DNA of 64,000 nt from Ramlibacter sp. (GCA_046595775.1 JBKJOM010000132.1:1648-65647); one strand, 5' to 3'; shown: positions 20,525-30,353, numbered from the stretch's first letter. Notes: generated by a model not told the origin, from the sequence alone. A program made the numbers and translations.

Positions 20525-20661
20525 TCGCGACGTGCGACTCACCGATGGCCTGTTAACTACGGCCCTGGCCGTCGGACGCAGCCGACAGCGCTGGGGGCCT
20601 GCCGCCGACCCAAAGCGCTAGCCCAGCCATGTAGAGTGGCCGCACAACAAGGAGAACTCCC

Positions 20662-21291
20662 ATGGACAGAGCTGCGCCTCGGCACTTCTCGATGCTGCGC
20701 GAATTCCACCTCGCCGATTTCTTCACACTCGGCAACGCCGCTTGCGGCGCGGGTGCCATGTTCTTCGCGATGCTTTACATGGGGTCGCATTCGCTCTCTC
20801 ACTTCTACGCGGCAGCGGCACTCGCACCGGCCGCCTTCATCTTCGACGTGCTCGACGGCCGCATTGCACGCGCGCGGCACCAGCATTCGGCACTGGGCCG
20901 CGAGCTCGATTCGCTCTCGGACGTTATCTCCTTCGGCGTCGCGCCTGCCGCCCTGGCCTTCGCGGCCGGCATGCAAGGTGGTTGGGACGTGGCCGCCCTG
21001 GTGTATTTCATCTGTTGCGGTGTCAGCCGGCTCGCGCGCTACAACGTCACGGCCGAACAACTGGCGGGCGACGAGAGCGGCAAGGTGAAGTACTTTGAAG
21101 GAACGCCCATTCCCACCAGCGTGCTCCTCACGGGCCTGCTCACGCTGGCCGCGTGGCAAGGCCGCGTCGGCGATTCGCTCTTTGGCGGCGTCTACTCGAT
21201 TGGCCCTTGGCAATTGCACCTTTTCTCGCTGCTGTTCGTGCTGTCCGGCAGCCTGATGATCAGCAAGACCCTGCACATCCCCAAGTTCTGA
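20662..21291 (+). CDS. pssA: CDP-alcohol phosphatidyltransferase (phosphatidylserine synthase-like)
   Basis: DVLDGRIARARHQHSALGRELDSLSD motif, RLARYN, FEGTPIP. Confidence 0.85.
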   Translation: MDRAAPRHFSMLREFHLADFFTLGNAACGAGAMFFAMLYMGSHSLSHFYAAAALAPAAFIFDVLDGRIARARHQHSALGRELDSLSDVISFGVAPAALAFAAGMQGGWDVAALVYFICCGVSRLARYNVTAEQLAGDESGKVKYFEGTPIPTSVLLTGLLTLAAWQGRVGDSLFGGVYSIGPWQLHLFSLLFVLSGSLMISKTLHIPKF

Positions 21292-22335
21292 TCAGGCCGT
21301 GCCGATATAGCCGTCGCTGGCAGGACGATTGTCCGGCAGCAGCGTTTCAAGTTCGCACGCTTCGCTGGCGAGTTCATCCTCCACTTCGCCGGTCAGCGCG
21401 CACAGCCGCAACTGGATCGTCGCAAACTTCGTGTTCTTCACCACCGACCGATGCCCGTCGGGGTTGTCGTAGTTCAGCGCGGCCCAAGGGACGGAATCGG
21501 GCGCCCCGCCATCGATGTCGATCTCGAGCCGGTGCGTGCGGTTGCGCAGTTGCGCCTGCCAGCCGTAGTCGTCCAGCCGCTGCACCTTCTGGCGCGGCGC
21601 GCGAAGCAGGCTGTCGAAGCGGTGCCACTGGCCGTGCAGCAACAGGCTGGCGATGGAGAGGTGCGGCGTTACCAGGCGCCCGCCCGCCAGCGCGACCTTC
21701 GCGCTGAAGCCGTCGAAATACGCATGCGGATGCCCGGCAAACTGCGCGCAGTTTGCATACGCGTAGGTGTGCGAATGCCCGCTGCCCCAGTTGTGCCCGT
21801 TCATGCCCAGGAAGTCTCCGCTGAAGGTCATTCCTCCCGCGCTGACGCTGCCATGGAAACCCAACATGCAATCGCGCGTCAGCACCTTGTGGCGCGGCCA
21901 CGGCAAATCATAGAGCGCCGGGAAAGGAAACTGCCGCAGCTTCACGCCACTGGGGCGCAGCTGAAGCTCCCACCTGGCATGCCCGCCTTCGCCGAAGAGA
22001 TCGCCTGCCAGATGCGCGCGGGTGATCTCCACGCGCGCGCCATTTCGCAGCTCGATCGCCACGTGGTCCCAGTTGCGCGCGATCTGCGACAGGCGGGCGA
22101 AGCGGTCCTTGTCCATCACTTCGCTGCTATAGACCGCGTGCGTGCGATTGGCCACGCGATCGAAGAGGATCAGCGCTGCCCCGAGCCGCACGTCCGGACT
22201 GCCCTGCATGCGCAACATGTTGTGCTTGAGCCAGAACGCCTGCTGCGAATCCGAGCTCGTGCCGCGAAAATAGAACGACTCGTACAAGCCCTGTCCCGGG
22301 GTCGCGAGCAGCCTGATCGCCGTGGAGTCCAGCAT
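21292..22335 (-). CDS. Hypothetical protein, tocopherol-cyclase/AttH-like fold suspected
   Basis: YESFYF N-terminus and GMNGHNWG motif reminiscent of the cyclase/hydratase beta-barrel family; RBS GGA-poor but ORF 347 aa. Confidence 0.55.
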   Translation of the reverse strand: MLDSTAIRLLATPGQGLYESFYFRGTSSDSQQAFWLKHNMLRMQGSPDVRLGAALILFDRVANRTHAVYSSEVMDKDRFARLSQIARNWDHVAIELRNGARVEITRAHLAGDLFGEGGHARWELQLRPSGVKLRQFPFPALYDLPWPRHKVLTRDCMLGFHGSVSAGGMTFSGDFLGMNGHNWGSGHSHTYAYANCAQFAGHPHAYFDGFSAKVALAGGRLVTPHLSIASLLLHGQWHRFDSLLRAPRQKVQRLDDYGWQAQLRNRTHRLEIDIDGGAPDSVPWAALNYDNPDGHRSVVKNTKFATIQLRLCALTGEVEDELASEACELETLLPDNRPASDGYIGTA

Positions 22336-22393
22336 GGGGGACTATAGGCATGCCAACTGGGCATGCGTCAACGGGGGAAATGCGGGAGGCGTT

Positions 22394-22654
22394 TCAGCTC
22401 AACAGGCTGCGCAGCACCACGACCGGGGGACGCTCCCGATTGCCGAAGGACCGCTCGGCGACTTCCGCAATGTGGCCCTTGTGCCGCTCGAAAGCCTGCA
22501 GCAAGCTTGTGGCGCTGTCGAAGGCATTGAAGTCGAGGTCCTCAAGGTCTTCGCGCTGCACCCGGAACCTTTGTTGCGCGCCATTGCAAGTGCCGGTGAA
22601 TTCGACACCTTCCAGTCTTTGCGCGACGGGGTTCGAGATGCTGACACCGGGCAT
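22394..22654 (-). CDS. Small DUF1488-like protein
   Basis: Strong RBS GGAGG; EDLEDL...LLQAFERHKGHIAEVAER pattern. Confidence 0.6.
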   Translation of the reverse strand: MPGVSISNPVAQRLEGVEFTGTCNGAQQRFRVQREDLEDLDFNAFDSATSLLQAFERHKGHIAEVAERSFGNRERPPVVVLRSLLS

Positions 22655-22727
22655 GGGCTACCTCCAGCGAGTCCCGCCAGTATGGTGAACAGGCGCGCCA
22701 TGTCAAGACGCACCGCCGTCCGTCTGC

Positions 22728-23315
22728 CTAGCGGTCGGCGCGATGCTGCCGGGGCTTGGCGGGCGGCAAGTCCGCCAGGGACGCAGGAGCCGACATCGCG
22801 GAGTGCAGGGCTGCCAGGTCGCTCGCAAGTTCGTCGGGGTCGGACTCGGGCGGCTGCGTATCGACTGCGTCGGACTCGCGGGGCTCCGCGCCGGCTTCCT
22901 TCCACGAGGTCGGGTCGGGCATCGGGCAAAAGCCCTGCATCGACTTGCCGTAGAACTCCCAGCCCACGCTGAACAACCAATCCTTCGCACGGGGGTCGCT
23001 GCGCTGGATGTCTTGCCAGAAGCTCTCCTGGAAGGCATGGAGGTAGCCAAGCAGTTGCTGGTCGGCCTTGCGCACCAGGAGCTGCACATGCATGCCCGAC
23101 TTATGCTGCTGCGTCAGTACCGACAGCGTCCGGCAGTCGATCCAGTCACCGGGGATTCCGTGCTTGCGCATCGTCTCGCGCAGGGTCAGGCGCACCAGGT
23201 CGCGGCGCGGCACGTTGAGCGACTTGGTCTGCCCCAGCGCGGTCTGGCTTTCCGCAAACTGCGACGAAGCTGCCTCCTTGGCCCGGCCCCCGAAAATCCT
23301 CTGCATCAACCCCAT
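22728..23315 (-). CDS. Hypothetical protein
   Basis: RBS GAGG; globular core (LRETMRKHGIPGDWI) and acidic low-complexity tail. Confidence 0.7.
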   Translation of the reverse strand: MGLMQRIFGGRAKEAASSQFAESQTALGQTKSLNVPRRDLVRLTLRETMRKHGIPGDWIDCRTLSVLTQQHKSGMHVQLLVRKADQQLLGYLHAFQESFWQDIQRSDPRAKDWLFSVGWEFYGKSMQGFCPMPDPTSWKEAGAEPRESDAVDTQPPESDPDELASDLAALHSAMSAPASLADLPPAKPRQHRADR

Positions 23316-23364
23316 GCTGCGCGCCTCTTGTTGAATACGGACTGATTATGCAAGGGACGCTGGT

Positions 23365-23991
23365 TCATTCCTTCAGCAGAAACAGCATGCGCGTGCCGGC
23401 AAGCTCGAGCACGTCATGGCTGGAAAGCAGCAGCGGATCGGCGCCAACCGGGTCGCCATTGAGCCGCGTCTGGTGGGCGCCATCGAGATGGGCCACGTAG
23501 AAGCCATCGCGCCGGTGCGAAACCGATACCACGGCGATGCCGGGCTTGCCGAAGGTGGTCACGGCCTTGACCACTGGCATCTCGAGGCCTGCTGAGGAGC
23601 CATCGAGGACCTGGAACACTGCGTGCAGGGCGCGCTGCATTCCCGCCGGGTCGATTTTCATCGCCGTGGTCTCGCCGAAGCCGCTCGGGCGCTCGGTCGC
23701 TTCGCGGTATTCGATTCGGAAGTTTCCGATGGCCACCAGCTCGCCGTCGTGCAGCCGCTGGCGGCGCACCATCGTGCCGTTGATGTAGGTGCCGTTGGTG
23801 CTGTGCAGGTCTTCGATGTAGACGTCGGCCAGCCCCTTGAGTTCGAACACGCAATGGTGGCCACTGACCACCATGTTGTCGAAGACGATGTCGTTGTCGG
23901 CATTGCGGCCCAGCGTCGTGCGGTCCTTGGTCAGGTACACATGCTTGATCTCGACTCCTTCGACCGTGGCGATGAGCTGGGGCATGGGCAA
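23365..23991 (-). CDS. FHA domain protein (N-terminal FHA plus degenerate second FHA)
   Basis: LGR...VSGHH...DLHSTNGTYING. Start may be 23985. Confidence 0.88.
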   Translation of the reverse strand: MPMPQLIATVEGVEIKHVYLTKDRTTLGRNADNDIVFDNMVVSGHHCVFELKGLADVYIEDLHSTNGTYINGTMVRRQRLHDGELVAIGNFRIEYREATERPSGFGETTAMKIDPAGMQRALHAVFQVLDGSSAGLEMPVVKAVTTFGKPGIAVVSVSHRRDGFYVAHLDGAHQTRLNGDPVGADPLLLSSHDVLELAGTRMLFLLKE

Positions 23992-24032
23992 ATGTTAGTG
24001 CGGACGCGCCAGCTCGGCAATGGGGTGCGCAC

Positions 24033-24482
24033 TCAGGGCCGTGTTCCCTCGCCCACTCGCCGATACACGATTTCGCGGCGGTGTACCCGGTCCAGGCCGG
24101 TGAACTGGTCGGACGAGTCGAAACGCAACTCGAAGGTGGCAAAGGGCACCATCGGCGCCGACGGCCTCGCGCCGTTGACCAGCGTGTAGCGGCGCTTGAG
24201 GTTCGTCCCGTCGAAGGTCCACTCGCCCTCGTGCACGTTGGGGGCTGTCGCGGCCCCGGGCGGGTCGGTCGCAGACGACTCGGTGAAACGACCATCGCCA
24301 CGCAGCACCAGCACCCGCCGCACCTGCACGCCTTCCTCGCGGTATTCACGCAACCAGGTCCCGGCCAGGCGCTCCTCGGTGCGGTGCTGGGGCGAGTCAT
24401 CCGGGGGGTTGCCGCAGGCTGCCAGCCAGAGGACGGCCAGCAGCACCCGCAAGCGCTGGGGAAGTGAGCGTGCATCGCTCAT
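24033..24482 (-). CDS. Putative lipoprotein (lipocalin-like LAGTW motif)
   Basis: LWLAAC lipobox; RBS AAGGAG before ATG at 24482. Confidence 0.7.
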   Translation of the reverse strand: MSDARSLPQRLRVLLAVLWLAACGNPPDDSPQHRTEERLAGTWLREYREEGVQVRRVLVLRGDGRFTESSATDPPGAATAPNVHEGEWTFDGTNLKRRYTLVNGARPSAPMVPFATFELRFDSSDQFTGLDRVHRREIVYRRVGEGTRP

Positions 24483-24570
24483 GCGTTCTCCTTGACAAAA
24501 GACCTGATTCGAGCAGGTGAACCCGGCCGGTGGCAAGCACCTTGGCGAGCGGCGGCGCAAGATCGGGCCG

Positions 24571-25554
24571 ATGATCCCGCTTTCCGTCCTCGACCTCTGT
24601 CCCATCACCGAAGGCGGCGACGCCTCCCAGTCGTTCCGCAATTCGCTGGACCTGGCGCAGCATGCCGAAGGCTGGAGCTTCAACCGTTTCTGGCTCGCCG
24701 AGCACCACGGGATGCCGGGCATCGCCAGCGCCGCGACGTCGATTCTCATCAACCACATTGCCGGTGGCACCAAGACGATCCGCGTCGGGTCTGGCGGAAT
24801 CATGTTGCCCAACCATTCGCCGCTGGTGATTGCAGAGCAGTTCGGCACGCTCGAGGCGCTTCATCCGGGCCGCATCGACCTGGGACTGGGCCGCGCGCCG
24901 GGTTCGGACCAGGCGACGGCGCGCGCCCTGCGCCGCAACCTGATGTCCGACGCCGATGAGTTTCCTCGCGACGTGGTGGAGCTGATGGACTTGATGTCCG
25001 ACGAGCCGCGCCAGGCTATCCGCGCTGTGCCGGGCCGCGGCGCGAAGGTGCCGGTGTGGATCCTCGGCTCAAGCCTGTTCGGTGCGCAATTGGCAGCGAT
25101 GCTGGGCTTGCCATACGCTTTCGCGTCGCACTTCGCGCCGCAACAATTGATGGATGCCATTGAGGTCTACCGGGCGTCTTTCAGGCCCTCGGCACAACTC
25201 GCCAGGCCCTATGTGATGCTCGGCTTCAACGTCTTTGCGGCCGACACGGACACCGAAGCGCGTGTGCTGGCAACGTCATCACAGCAGGCTTTCGTCAACT
25301 TGCGCAGTGGCAGGCCGGGTCGCCTGCCGCCGCCGAAACCCGGGTACCGCGAACAGGCCGGCCGCGCCGAAACTGCTCTGCTCGACAGCGTGCTCTCCTG
25401 TTCAGCAATCGGCTCGCCGGAAACGGTACGCATGCAGATCGAGGCATTCATCGAACGCACGCAGGCCGATGAACTGATGATCGCCTGCCAGATGTTCGAC
25501 CACGATGCGCGACTGCGCTCCTACGAGATCGCCTCGCAAGCGCAGCAGCGATGA
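24571..25554 (+). CDS. Luciferase-like flavin-dependent monooxygenase (LLM, YhbW-like)
   Basis: [44 protein letters not shown]. Confidence 0.92.
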   Translation: MIPLSVLDLCPITEGGDASQSFRNSLDLAQHAEGWSFNRFWLAEHHGMPGIASAATSILINHIAGGTKTIRVGSGGIMLPNHSPLVIAEQFGTLEALHPGRIDLGLGRAPGSDQATARALRRNLMSDADEFPRDVVELMDLMSDEPRQAIRAVPGRGAKVPVWILGSSLFGAQLAAMLGLPYAFASHFAPQQLMDAIEVYRASFRPSAQLARPYVMLGFNVFAADTDTEARVLATSSQQAFVNLRSGRPGRLPPPKPGYREQAGRAETALLDSVLSCSAIGSPETVRMQIEAFIERTQADELMIACQMFDHDARLRSYEIASQAQQR

Positions 25555-25666
25555 TCCGGGCGAGGCAGCCGGCAACGGCGCCGATCATGCCGGACACCGC
25601 GTTGAGCAAGAACACCGGCGCCACCGCGCGCTGGATGCCGTGGGCGGCGGCGTTGGTGTCGATTGA
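25551..25666 (-). pseudogene. 5' remnant of a DUF2721 membrane protein gene
   Basis: Manual translation [38 protein letters not shown]; no nearby in-frame start; similarity ends at the LLM gene stop. Confidence 0.65.
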
Positions 25667-25709
25667 GCAGATCGTCGCGGCTTTATAGCAGCGACGATTT
25701 CAACCTCAT

Positions 25710-26117
25710 TTAGTTGCGGTTGGGATTGTTGGGACGGTTGTCGTAGCGGTTCGGCACGCCGTCGCCATCACGGTCGCCCATGCCGCGGTTGCCCATGCCG
25801 TCACGGCGCGCGCCGCGCTCCCAGTGACCGGCCATCAGTTGCCAGCGGCCATTGCGCTCGACCCAGCGGTCAGCCACCCAGTGCATGCCACGGCGCTCGC
25901 GCAGGTAGTGGCCTTCCACCCAGACGTGCTGGCCATTGCGCCAGGCCCAGTGGCCCGGGGCCCATGCGTAGCCACGGCGCATGTCGTGCTGGCGCTCTTC
26001 ACGCGGCGCCGGCGGCGCCTGGGTGATGACGATGGCACGCTGTTGCGCCGACGCGATCATCGGCGCGGCACCAAACGACGCGGCGATCATGCTGGCAACA
26101 AGTATTTTCTTGAACAT
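25710..26117 (-). CDS. YXWGXW-repeat secreted protein
   Basis: Signal peptide, YAWAPGHWAW/VWVEGHY/HWVADRW repeats, C-terminal DRDGDGVPNRYD. Confidence 0.88.
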   Translation of the reverse strand: MFKKILVASMIAASFGAAPMIASAQQRAIVITQAPPAPREERQHDMRRGYAWAPGHWAWRNGQHVWVEGHYLRERRGMHWVADRWVERNGRWQLMAGHWERGARRDGMGNRGMGDRDGDGVPNRYDNRPNNPNRN

Positions 26118-26252
26118 TGCGGTCTCCCATTGAGGATGAGCAGGACCATGAGCGGCCCTGCATATCGAACGCCCAGAGTCGAGCATCGTTGACCCATGCC
26201 CTGTAGGACACCGACCCGAGCTGCTGCTGAGTTCGGCTCGTTGACCGTGTCT

Positions 26253-27254
26253 TTACCGCGCGCGGGGCGGCAGCGGATAGGCCGGGTCGTTGAATCCCGG
26301 CGTGGAAGGATGGCCAGGCGGCACCAGCGAATCGACCAGCGCTTCGTCTTCTTTGTCGATCCTGCAGTCGATCGCCTTCGCGTAGCCCTGCCATTGCTCG
26401 AGCGTGCGGGGTCCGGCGATCACGGAACTCACGGCGCGATGTGCTAGCACCCACGCCGTCGCGAACTGCGCCAGCGTGAAACCCTTGGCCTGCGCGTGCC
26501 CCTGCAACCGCTGCGCAATCACCAGCGACTCTTCGCGGAACTCGGTCTCGGCAATGCGCTTGTCGCCGCGCGCGACGCGCGAACCCTCCGCCGGCGCTTG
26601 GCCCGGCAGGTACTTGCCTGTGAGAACGCCGCGCGCGACCGGGCTGTACGGTGTGACGCCGATCCCAAAGTTGGCACAGGCAGGAAGGATCTCGACTTCC
26701 GGCATGCGATTGAGCAGGTTGTAGTAGGGCTGGCAGACCACCGGGCCTGGCATGCCGATCTGCGCCGCCATGCGCACCGCCTCGGCGATGCGTCAGCCAC
26801 GAAAGTTCGACAGCCCCCAGTAACGGATCTTGCCAGCGCGCAGCATGGCGTCGAGCGCGCGCAGCGGCTCCTCGAGATCCATGCCATTGAAGTCGCGGTG
26901 CAAGTAGAGGATGTCGACATGGTCGGTGCACAGCCGCGTCAGGCTCGCATCGAGCTCGCGCAACATCCACGAGCGCGAGAAGTGACCCTCGTTGGGCAGC
27001 TCGGACATCTTGTTGCCCAGCTTCGTCGCCAGCACCCATTGGTGGCGGCGGCCTTGCATCAGCTCGCCCAACATGGCTTCGGAGGCGCCCTTGGTGTACA
27101 CGTCCGCGGTGTCAACGTAGTTGACACCCAGCGCCTGCGCGTCATCGAGGATCGCGCGCGCCTCGCCGATGGCGGTCTGGTCGCCAAACATCATCGTGCC
27201 CAGGCACAGGGCGGAGACCTGCAGGTTGCTCTTGCCGAGCGCGTGGTATCGCAT
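26253..27254 (-). pseudogene. Aldo/keto reductase interrupted by one in-frame TGA at 26793-26795
   Basis: LCLGTMMFG, DTADVY, ATK, YWGLSNFRG*RIAEAV, QPYYNLLNR, PYSPVARG; both halves in the same frame. Confidence 0.85.
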
Positions 27255-27265
27255 GGGTTGTGCTT

Positions 27266-28057
27266 TCAGGTGAACTGGACTTCGAGCCCGGACAGTACGG
27301 TATCGAAATTCGCACGCCAGCGCTGGCCCGGGGTCACCGGCCATGCATCGGTCCACGTGCCGGTAGTCACGACATCGCCCGGCAGCAGGTCCGGCGCACC
27401 GGGGCAATCGCGCAGCGCCAGCAGGAAGTGATGCAAGGCGTGCAGCGGTCCGTCCAGCACATTGGCGCCGATGCCGCTCTCTACGGGTTGATCAGCTCGA
27501 TGCAGGACAACCTTGGCCGTGGCCAGGCGCTGCTCGAAGGTTGCCGCGTCCGACGCGACATCCGCGGCGGGCACCTTGCGCCCCACCAGCAACCGGGCAT
27601 GGAGCCCGCCATCCGCCACCGTGTCGGCCGCCTGGAACTTCCAGCCGGGCATATGTGTGTCCACGATCTCTAAGCCCGGCGCAACCCAGTCGATGCAGGC
27701 GAAGAGGTCATCCAGCGTGGGCCGCGCGGGCGGCGTCCTCGCCATGCCGAACACACATTCGGGCTCCAGGCGCGGCTCACAAGTGCCGTCCAGCGACACC
27801 GTGCCCGACCCGTCGCAGAACGACAGCGTGGTGTTCCACACGGTGCCCCAGATGGGCCCGAAGACTCCGTAGCGCGGCCAGATGTTGCGGTTCGTGAAGC
27901 CGATCTTGAATCCCAGCGGCTGCTCGCCACGCGCGATCCGCAGTTCGCGCACAGCGAGGGCGTGTTCGTACGCCTCCTGCACGGTAAGGCCAAAGGCGGC
28001 TGGCCAGGGCTGCGCGAGGTCCTGGTACTCAAGCAATTGCTGGGGCGAGATGGGCAT
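27266..28057 (-). CDS. 2-keto-4-pentenoate hydratase-like protein (FAH superfamily)
   Basis: GFKIGFTN, PRLEPE, EIVD, DTVADGG, GDVVTTGTWT. Confidence 0.85.
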   Translation of the reverse strand: MPISPQQLLEYQDLAQPWPAAFGLTVQEAYEHALAVRELRIARGEQPLGFKIGFTNRNIWPRYGVFGPIWGTVWNTTLSFCDGSGTVSLDGTCEPRLEPECVFGMARTPPARPTLDDLFACIDWVAPGLEIVDTHMPGWKFQAADTVADGGLHARLLVGRKVPAADVASDAATFEQRLATAKVVLHRADQPVESGIGANVLDGPLHALHHFLLALRDCPGAPDLLPGDVVTTGTWTDAWPVTPGQRWRANFDTVLSGLEVQFT

Positions 28058-28081
28058 GCCACCACTTTAGCGCCTCTGAAA

Positions 28082-28117
28082 TCGGACTGCCGGACGCAGA
28101 GGACGCAGAAGATGCGC
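28082..28117. repeat. REP-like element, left arm only (copy 4)
   Basis: TCGGACTGCCGGACGCAGAGGACGCAGAAG matches the left end of copy 3. Confidence 0.65.
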
Positions 28118-28119
28118 CT

Positions 28120-28347
28120 CTAGCCCCCGCTCGCTCCGGCGCTAGCCAACACTGCCGCAGCAACGACGACAGTGCCGGGTGCTGCGGGCGCTTGGCCGCG
28201 GATGCCTGTAGGCGGAACACCGACATGCGGCATGACCGGCTGGACCCGGGGAATCTGGCGATGAAAGCCAATGCCGGCAAGGGCAAACAGCCCAACAGAT
28301 ACCCCTGCCCCTAACGCCGACGCGGCGGCCCAACGAACAGTCAACAT
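28120..28347 (-). CDS. Small putative membrane protein (75 aa)
   Basis: GGAAAGGGA RBS before ATG at 28347; N-terminal hydrophobic helix. Confidence 0.4.
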   Translation of the reverse strand: MLTVRWAAASALGAGVSVGLFALAGIGFHRQIPRVQPVMPHVGVPPTGIRGQAPAAPGTVVVAAAVLASAGASGG

Positions 28348-28483
28348 GTAGTCCCTTTCCGACACGAGCGGGAAGGTACTGCGGGAACGCAGGCGCGGTC
28401 AGCATTGTTTCAAATGCCAGCACATTGGAGGGCGATTGCGCGAAATATTCAATGTGCACCGACCGCCACAGCTGAGCTTGGGG

Positions 28484-29482
28484 TCAGTCCGGCTTCGCGC
28501 CGGATTCCTTGACGACCCGGGCCCACTTGGTGGTCTCGGCTTGCATGAAGCTCGTCAGTTGCTCGGGCGAGCCGGTTGCCACTTCGAGGCCGAGGTTGGC
28601 GAGCTTCTCGCGGACGTCCGGCAGGTTCATCACGCGTGCGGCCTCGGCGTTGATGCGCGCCAGCACATCCTTGGGCAGGCCCGCCGGCGCGTACAGCGCG
28701 AACCACGACGTGGCCTCGAAGCCGGGCAAACCTGACTCGGCAATGGTGGGGATGTTTGGCGCCGCGGGCGAACGCTGTGCGCTGGTCACCGCAATCGCCC
28801 TCACCTCACCGGCCTTCACCAGCGGCAGCGCCGAAGGCATGTTGTCAAAGATCATCTGGATACGACCGCCCAGCAGGTCGGGCACAGCCTGCGCGCGGCC
28901 CTTGTACGGGATGTGCTGCATCTTCACGCCTGCCATGGTGTTGAAGAGTTCGCCCGACAGGTGGATCGATGTGCCACTGCCGGATGAGCCGAACGCAAGA
29001 GGCTGCTTCTTCGCAAGCTCGATCAGTTCCTTCACGTTCTTTGCCGGCACGCTGTTGTTCACCACCAGCAAGTTCGGCGTGGACGCGAGGAAGGTCACCG
29101 GCGTGAAGTCCTTCATGTGGTTGTACGGCATCTTGTCGTACAGGGCCGGGTTGATCGAGTGCGTTCCCACCGTGCCGATCAACAGCGTGGTGCCGTCGGC
29201 CGCGCTCTTGGCGACGAAGTCCGAGCCGATGTTGCCGCCGGCGCCGGGTTTGTTGTCCACCGTAACCGCCTGGCCCAGCGCGCCCCACTTCTCGGCCAGC
29301 ACGCGGGCCAGTGTGTCGGGCGCGCCGCCGGGCGGGAATGTGACGACGATCTTCACCGGCTTGCTGGGCCACGCAGCAGTCTGCGCGTGCGAGGCCATCG
29401 TGAGCGCCATGCCCACCAGCAGCACGCTGGCGGCGATGGCGAAGCGGCGCAGCGCCGTGATCTTTTGGGCTTGGGCGGGCAT
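28484..29482 (-). CDS. Bug/TctC tripartite tricarboxylate transporter binding protein
   Basis: WPSKPVKIVVTFPPGG, DNKPGAGGNIG, HIPYKG, PTIAESG. Confidence 0.93.
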   Translation of the reverse strand: MPAQAQKITALRRFAIAASVLLVGMALTMASHAQTAAWPSKPVKIVVTFPPGGAPDTLARVLAEKWGALGQAVTVDNKPGAGGNIGSDFVAKSAADGTTLLIGTVGTHSINPALYDKMPYNHMKDFTPVTFLASTPNLLVVNNSVPAKNVKELIELAKKQPLAFGSSGSGTSIHLSGELFNTMAGVKMQHIPYKGRAQAVPDLLGGRIQMIFDNMPSALPLVKAGEVRAIAVTSAQRSPAAPNIPTIAESGLPGFEATSWFALYAPAGLPKDVLARINAEAARVMNLPDVREKLANLGLEVATGSPEQLTSFMQAETTKWARVVKESGAKPD

Positions 29483-29570
29483 GAAGGAAGTCTCCTGGTA
29501 ATTGCAACCAGCTTAAGCCGCGGCGCCAGCCCTGTCATTGCGGGTTTGCCCCGCAGTGAAATCGTTTAGC

Positions 29571-30353
29571 TCAGGCTCTCGGGCCGAGATGCGTGCCGCT
29601 GTCGAGCATCAGCAGCTCGCCTGTCATGGTCGGCGCGCCGGTGGCCAACCAGACGATTGCATCCGCGACATCCTCGGGTGTGCTGGAACGCTGGAGCGGC
29701 GCTGCCTTCTCGGCGGCTGCCTTGATCCTTTCATAGGCATCCTGGCCCAGGCCGTCGACGAACCAGCGCGAGGTGATGAGCGCCGGGCAGACGGCGTTCA
29801 CGCGGATCTCGGGCGCCAGCTTTCGCGCGAAGTGCAGCGTCAGAGCGTTGAGCGCGCCTTTCGATGCCACGTAAGGCACCGAAGAACCGATGCCCAGCGC
29901 ACCGGCCACAGACGAGACGTTGACGATGGCCCCGCGCGTCGCCTTCAGGTGCGGCACGCAGGCCCGCACCATCTGGAACACGCCGAGCGTGTTGACGCCC
30001 AGGATCCGGTGGAACGCTTCCGCGTCGAGCGCATCCCACTCGGCGGCGGCACCGAACACCGAAATGCCCGCGTTGTTGACCAGCACGTCGATGCGTTTCC
30101 AGCGCTTCATCGCAGCCTGCACCATCGCCCGGCAATCGGCGTCCTGCAAGACGTCGCCGCGCAGCAGCAGCGTGTCGGCGCCGGCGGCCTCGCAAGCCGC
30201 CTGGGTCGCGCGCGCCTCGGTCTCGCTGCGCGAATAATTGACCAGCACGTCGTAGCCGCGTTGCGCGAGTTGCAGCGCGCATGCCGCGCCCACGCCGGTG
30301 GCCGAGCCAGTGACGATGGCAACTCTTCTTTGTTTGACTTCGCTGTCTTCCAT
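29571..30353 (-). CDS. SDR family oxidoreductase
   Basis: TGSATGVG, NNAG, YVASKGA. Confidence 0.9.
   Translation of the reverse strand: MEDSEVKQRRVAIVTGSATGVGAACALQLAQRGYDVLVNYSRSETEARATQAACEAAGADTLLLRGDVLQDADCRAMVQAAMKRWKRIDVLVNNAGISVFGAAAEWDALDAEAFHRILGVNTLGVFQMVRACVPHLKATRGAIVNVSSVAGALGIGSSVPYVASKGALNALTLHFARKLAPEIRVNAVCPALITSRWFVDGLGQDAYERIKAAAEKAAPLQRSSTPEDVADAIVWLATGAPTMTGELLMLDSGTHLGPRA

Noticed and set aside
26793-26795. Selenocysteine recoding of the in-frame TGA
   Set aside because: The position corresponds to Trp, not Cys, and I saw no convincing SECIS-like hairpin.
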